A stretch of DNA of 64,000 bases, from the NCBI RefSeq assembly GCF_053078305.1, contig NZ_CP166879.1; one strand, 5' to 3'. Shown piece after piece: positions 60,913 through 64,000 of the stretch; the first letter of the stretch is position 1, and every line of letters begins with the position of its first letter. The position numbers were made by a program, and so were the translations under genes. Under the pieces are notes generated by a model. That model ran no database searches. It was not told the origin of the DNA and saw nothing but the letters and a program-made list of their open reading frames with translations.

Positions 60913-61113
60913 TTACCCATTGGCGCGGCTTAAGAGCTTATTTTTGAATTCACAATGGTCACGATATAACCATCTTGCTCGCCCGTGGATAACTTTGGCT
61001 TTAGGTAGGTCTCCGGACTTAATCCGGTCATAGATGAAGGTCTTACCGAAGCCAGTATCAGCCATGATGAATTTCAAATCAACCAGTGAATCAGGTTGTA
61101 GTTCGTGTTGCAT
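60913..61113 (-). CDS. torI: AlpA/TorI-type excisionase (recombination directionality factor)
   Basis: 66 aa MQHELQPDSLVDLKFIMADTGFGKTFIYDRIKSGDLPKAKVIHGRARW...; winged-helix Xis family; matches my recollection of TorI of the argW prophage. Confidence 0.6.
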   Translation of the reverse strand: MQHELQPDSLVDLKFIMADTGFGKTFIYDRIKSGDLPKAKVIHGRARWLYRDHCEFKNKLLSRANG

Positions 61114-61217
61114 GAGTGCTATCTCCGAATAGGGAATCGAACCTGCAAATCAGGCAATAAAAAAACCGCATTGATGCGGCGATGGTAGGTCTGGATATCT
61201 TGATAAATGAAAATGCC

Positions 61218-61496
61218 TCATCGAGTGTGAGGCGGTGTGATTCCATGGTTACCTCTGCTTTTTGAACGCATGTCACGTAACTTCTTAATGTGTTCTGCCG
61301 TTTCGATCTCTTCTGCTATCCGATCTGCATCAGCTTTATTCACAGGTTCAAAGTCATGATTAAAGCGGAACATGCTGGCGATACATGTTCTGCCTTTTCG
61401 GATGTAGTGAACTTTGTTGTGGTTAGAACGCAGGATTTTGCAGGGAGTGCCGTGGTGGTCGACGTACCAGGTGTTAGGCAAAATGATTCTGAACAT
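61218..61496 (-). CDS. hypothetical prophage protein
   Basis: 92 aa ORF co-oriented with the prophage early-left operon. Confidence 0.45.
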   Translation of the reverse strand: MFRIILPNTWYVDHHGTPCKILRSNHNKVHYIRKGRTCIASMFRFNHDFEPVNKADADRIAEEIETAEHIKKLRDMRSKSRGNHGITPPHTR

Positions 61497-61543
61497 TTTT
61501 ACACCTCAGTTGGACGATGTTGAAATTTGCTCCTTTGAGGTCA

Positions 61544-61762
61544 TCACAATCCCCATTGTTTGTTCTTAAGTTCGATCTCCTCCTGGCAACTTGCACAAGT
61601 CCGACAACCCTGAACGGCTAGGCGTCTTCGCTTATCTATGGGATCGCCACACTCACAACAATGAGTGGCAGATATAGCCTGGTGGTTCAGGCGGCGCATT
61701 TTTATTGCTGTGTTGCGCTGTAATTCTTCAATTTCTGATGCTGAATCAATGATGTCTGCCAT
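61544..61762 (-). CDS. DksA/TraR-family C4 zinc-finger protein (phage-encoded)
   Basis: 72 aa with CxxC-N17-CxxC (CCECGDPID...CRTCASC). Confidence 0.6.
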   Translation of the reverse strand: MADIIDSASEIEELQRNTAIKMRRLNHQAISATHCCECGDPIDKRRRLAVQGCRTCASCQEEIELKNKQWGL

Positions 61763-61860
61763 CTTTCATTAATCCCTGAATTGTTGGTTAATACGCTTGA
61801 GGGTGAATGCGAATAATAAAAAAGGAGCCTGTAGCTCCATGAAGATTTTGCTTTTCATGT

Positions 61861-62142
61861 TCACCGTTCCTTAAAGACGCCGTTTAACATACCGATTGCC
61901 AGACTTAAGTGAGTCGGTGTGAATCCCATCAGCGTTACCGTTTCGCGGTGCTTCTTCAGTACGCTACGGCAAATGTCATCGACGTTTTTATCCGGAAACT
62001 GCTGTCTGGCTTTTTTGATTTCAGAATTAGCCTGACGGGCAATACTGCGAAGGGCGTTTTCTTGCTGAGGTGTCATTGAACAAGTCCCATGTCGGCAAGC
62101 ATAAGCACACAGAATATGAAGCCCGCTGCCAGAAAAATGCAT
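61861..62142 (-). CDS. hypothetical prophage protein (start uncertain; internal Met would give about 71 aa)
   Basis: 93 aa ORF in the early-left region. Confidence 0.4.
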   Translation of the reverse strand: MHFSGSGLHILCAYACRHGTCSMTPQQENALRSIARQANSEIKKARQQFPDKNVDDICRSVLKKHRETVTLMGFTPTHLSLAIGMLNGVFKER

Positions 62143-62152
62143 TCAGTGGTTG

Positions 62153-62344
62153 TCATACCTGGTCTCTCTCATCTGCTTCTGCTTTCGCCACCATCATTTC
62201 CAGCTTTTGTGAAAGGGATGTGGCTAACGTATGAAATTCTTCGTCTGTTTCTGCTGGTATTGGCACAAACCTGACTCCAATTTGAGCAAGGCTATGTGCC
62301 ATCTCAATGCTCGTTCTTAACTCAACAGGAGATGCTTTGTGCAT
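62153..62344 (-). CDS. hypothetical small prophage protein
   Basis: 63 aa ORF immediately downstream of exo in the same operon orientation. Confidence 0.4.
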   Translation of the reverse strand: MHKASPVELRTSIEMAHSLAQIGVRFVPIPAETDEEFHTLATSLSQKLEMMVAKAEADERDQV

Positions 62345-62495
62345 ACAGCCCCTCGTTTATTATTTATCTCCTCAGCCAGCCGCTGGGCTTTCAGTGGATT
62401 TTGGATAACAGAAAGGCCGGGAAATACCCAGCCTCGCTTTGTAACGGAGTAGACGAAAGTGATCGCACCTACCCGGATATTATCGTGAGGATGCT

Positions 62496-63176
62496 TCATC
62501 GCCATTGCTCCCCAAATACAAAACCAATTTCAGCCAGTGCCTCGTCCATTTTTTCGATGAACTCCGGCACCATCTCGTCAAAACTCGCCATGTAATTTTC
62601 ATCCCGCTCAACCACGACATAATGCAGGCCTTCACGCTTCATGCGTGGGTCATAGTTGGCAAAGTACCAGGCATCTTTTCGCGTCACCCACATGCTGTAC
62701 TGCACCTGGGCCATGTAAGCCGACTTTATGGCCTCGAAACCACCGAGCCGGAACTTCATGAAATCCCGGGAGGTAAACGGGCATTTCAGCTCAAGACCAT
62801 TGCCGTCACTGCATAAACCATCGGGAGAGCAGGCGGTGCGCATACTTTCGTCGCGATAGATGATCGGGGATTCAGTAACATTCACGCCGGAAGTGAATTC
62901 AAACAGGGTTCTGGCGTCGTTCTCGTACTGTTTTCCCCAGGCCAGCGCCTTAGCATTAACTTCCGGAGCCACACCGGTGCAAACCTCAGCCAGCAGGGTG
63001 TGGAAGTAGGACATTTTCATGTCAGGCCATTTCTTTCCGGAGCGGGGTTTTGCTATCACGTTGTGAACTTCTGAAGCTGTGATGACGCCGAGCCGTAATT
63101 TGTGCCACGCATCATCCCCCTGCTCGACAGCTCTCACGTCGATCCCGGTACGCTGCAGGATAATGTCTGGTGTCAT
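62496..63176 (-). CDS. exo: lambda-type 5'-3' exonuclease (Red alpha)
   Basis: 226 aa [37 protein letters not shown]...; matches phage lambda Exo as recalled. Confidence 0.9.
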   Translation of the reverse strand: MTPDIILQRTGIDVRAVEQGDDAWHKLRLGVITASEVHNVIAKPRSGKKWPDMKMSYFHTLLAEVCTGVAPEVNAKALAWGKQYENDARTLFEFTSGVNVTESPIIYRDESMRTACSPDGLCSDGNGLELKCPFTSRDFMKFRLGGFEAIKSAYMAQVQYSMWVTRKDAWYFANYDPRMKREGLHYVVVERDENYMASFDEMVPEFIEKMDEALAEIGFVFGEQWR

Positions 63177-63958
63177 GCTGCCACCTTCTGCTCAGTGGCT
63201 TTTTGTTTCAGGAATCCAAGAGCTTTCACTGCTTCGGCCTGTGTCAGTTCTGACGATGCACGAATGTCGCGGCGAAATATCTGGGAACAGAGCGGCAATA
63301 AGTCGTCATCCCATGTTTTATCCAGGGCGATCAGCAGAGTGTTAATCTCCTGCATGGTTTCATCGTTAACCGGAGTGATGTCGCGTTCCGGCTGGCGTTC
63401 TGCAGTGTATGCGGTATTTTCGACAATGCGCTCGGCTTCATCCTTGTCATAGATACCAGCAAATCCGAAGGCCAGGCGGGCACACTGAATCATGGCTTTA
63501 TGCCGTAACATCCGTTTGGGATGCGACTGCCACGGGCCGGTGATTTCTCTGCCTTCGCGGGTTTTGAATGGTTCGCGTCGGCATTCATCCATCCACTCGG
63601 TAACGCAGATCGGATGATTACGGTCTTTGCGGTAAATCCGGCATGTACAGGATTCATTGTCCTGCTCAAAGTCCATGCCATCAAACTGCTGGTTTTCATT
63701 GATGATGCGGGACCAGCCATCAACGCCCACCACCGGAACGATGCCGTTCTGCTTATCAGGGAAGGCGTAAATTTCTTTCGTCCACGGATTAAGGCCGTAC
63801 TGGTTGGCGACGATCAACAATGCGATGAACTGCGCATCGCTGGCATCGCCTTTAAATGCTGTCTGGCGAAGAGTGGTGATCAGTTCCTGTGGGTCGACAG
63901 AATCCATGCCGACACGTTCAGCCAGCTTCCCTGCCAGCGTTGCGAGTGCTGTACTCAT
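63173..63958 (-). CDS. bet: lambda-type single-strand annealing protein (Red beta)
   Basis: 261 aa [35 protein letters not shown]...; start overlaps exo by 4 nt. Confidence 0.9.
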   Translation of the reverse strand: MSTALATLAGKLAERVGMDSVDPQELITTLRQTAFKGDASDAQFIALLIVANQYGLNPWTKEIYAFPDKQNGIVPVVGVDGWSRIINENQQFDGMDFEQDNESCTCRIYRKDRNHPICVTEWMDECRREPFKTREGREITGPWQSHPKRMLRHKAMIQCARLAFGFAGIYDKDEAERIVENTAYTAERQPERDITPVNDETMQEINTLLIALDKTWDDDLLPLCSQIFRRDIRASSELTQAEAVKALGFLKQKATEQKVAA

Positions 63959-63963
63959 CCGTT

Positions 63964-64000
63964 TTATACCTCTGAATCAATATCAACCTGGTGGTGAGCA
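63964..64000 (-). CDS. gam: Gam-like RecBCD inhibitor, C-terminal end only (gene continues beyond window)
   Basis: Minus-strand frame ends ...AHHQVDIDSEV* 5 nt upstream of bet start, consistent with the lambda Gam C-terminus. Confidence 0.6.
   Translation of the reverse strand, partial: AHHQVDIDSEV

Larger units (their letters stand above)
60825..64000. mobile_element. left-arm edge of a lambdoid prophage (continues beyond the window end)
   Basis: att core followed by excisionase-like gene, small early-left ORFs, then exo, bet and the end of gam, all on the minus strand. Confidence 0.8.

Noticed and set aside
61120-61215. Possible intact tRNA-Arg adjacent to the excisionase gene
   Set aside because: No cloverleaf-compatible sequence or CCA end found; only the 15-nt att core at 60825..60839 matches a tRNA 3' end.

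Overview
This window reads as an Escherichia coli-type chromosomal segment, inverted relative to K-12 numbering, running from the end of cysA through the pts/cys cluster, the evgAS/emrKY acid-resistance region and dsdA into two accessory insertions. Gene calls come from recognising the translated ORFs against recalled enterobacterial proteins; no database search or alignment was run, and all comparisons to K-12 are from memory. The core order is cysA'-cysM-yfeK-pdxK-crr-ptsI-ptsH-cysK-cysZ-zipA-ligA-ypeB-yfeH-yfeR, then a tRNA operon (Val x3, Lys), gltX-yfeDC, tRNA-Ala x3, pdeA-nupC-mntH-ypeC-yfeO-glk, the fry PTS/peptidase operon, ypdCBA-alaC-ypdK-lpxP-yfdY-ypdI, yfdX-frc-oxc-yfdV-yfdE, evgSA, emrKY and dsdA. 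Two accessory blocks follow: a csc sucrose-catabolism island (cscR, cscA, cscK, cscB) sitting where dsdC and most of dsdX would be, and the edge of a lambdoid prophage (argW-type att core, torI-like excisionase, small early-left ORFs, and the Red genes exo, bet and the end of gam). Differences from the recalled K-12 layout are: no yfeS, no yfeN-xapABR (a FlxA-like ORF with a sigma-28-like promoter sits there instead), and three rather than two tandem tRNA-Ala genes. I see no CRISPR array, and nothing that I can defend as a wholly novel multi-gene system; the most unexplained pieces are the FlxA-like ORF and the small prophage ORFs.
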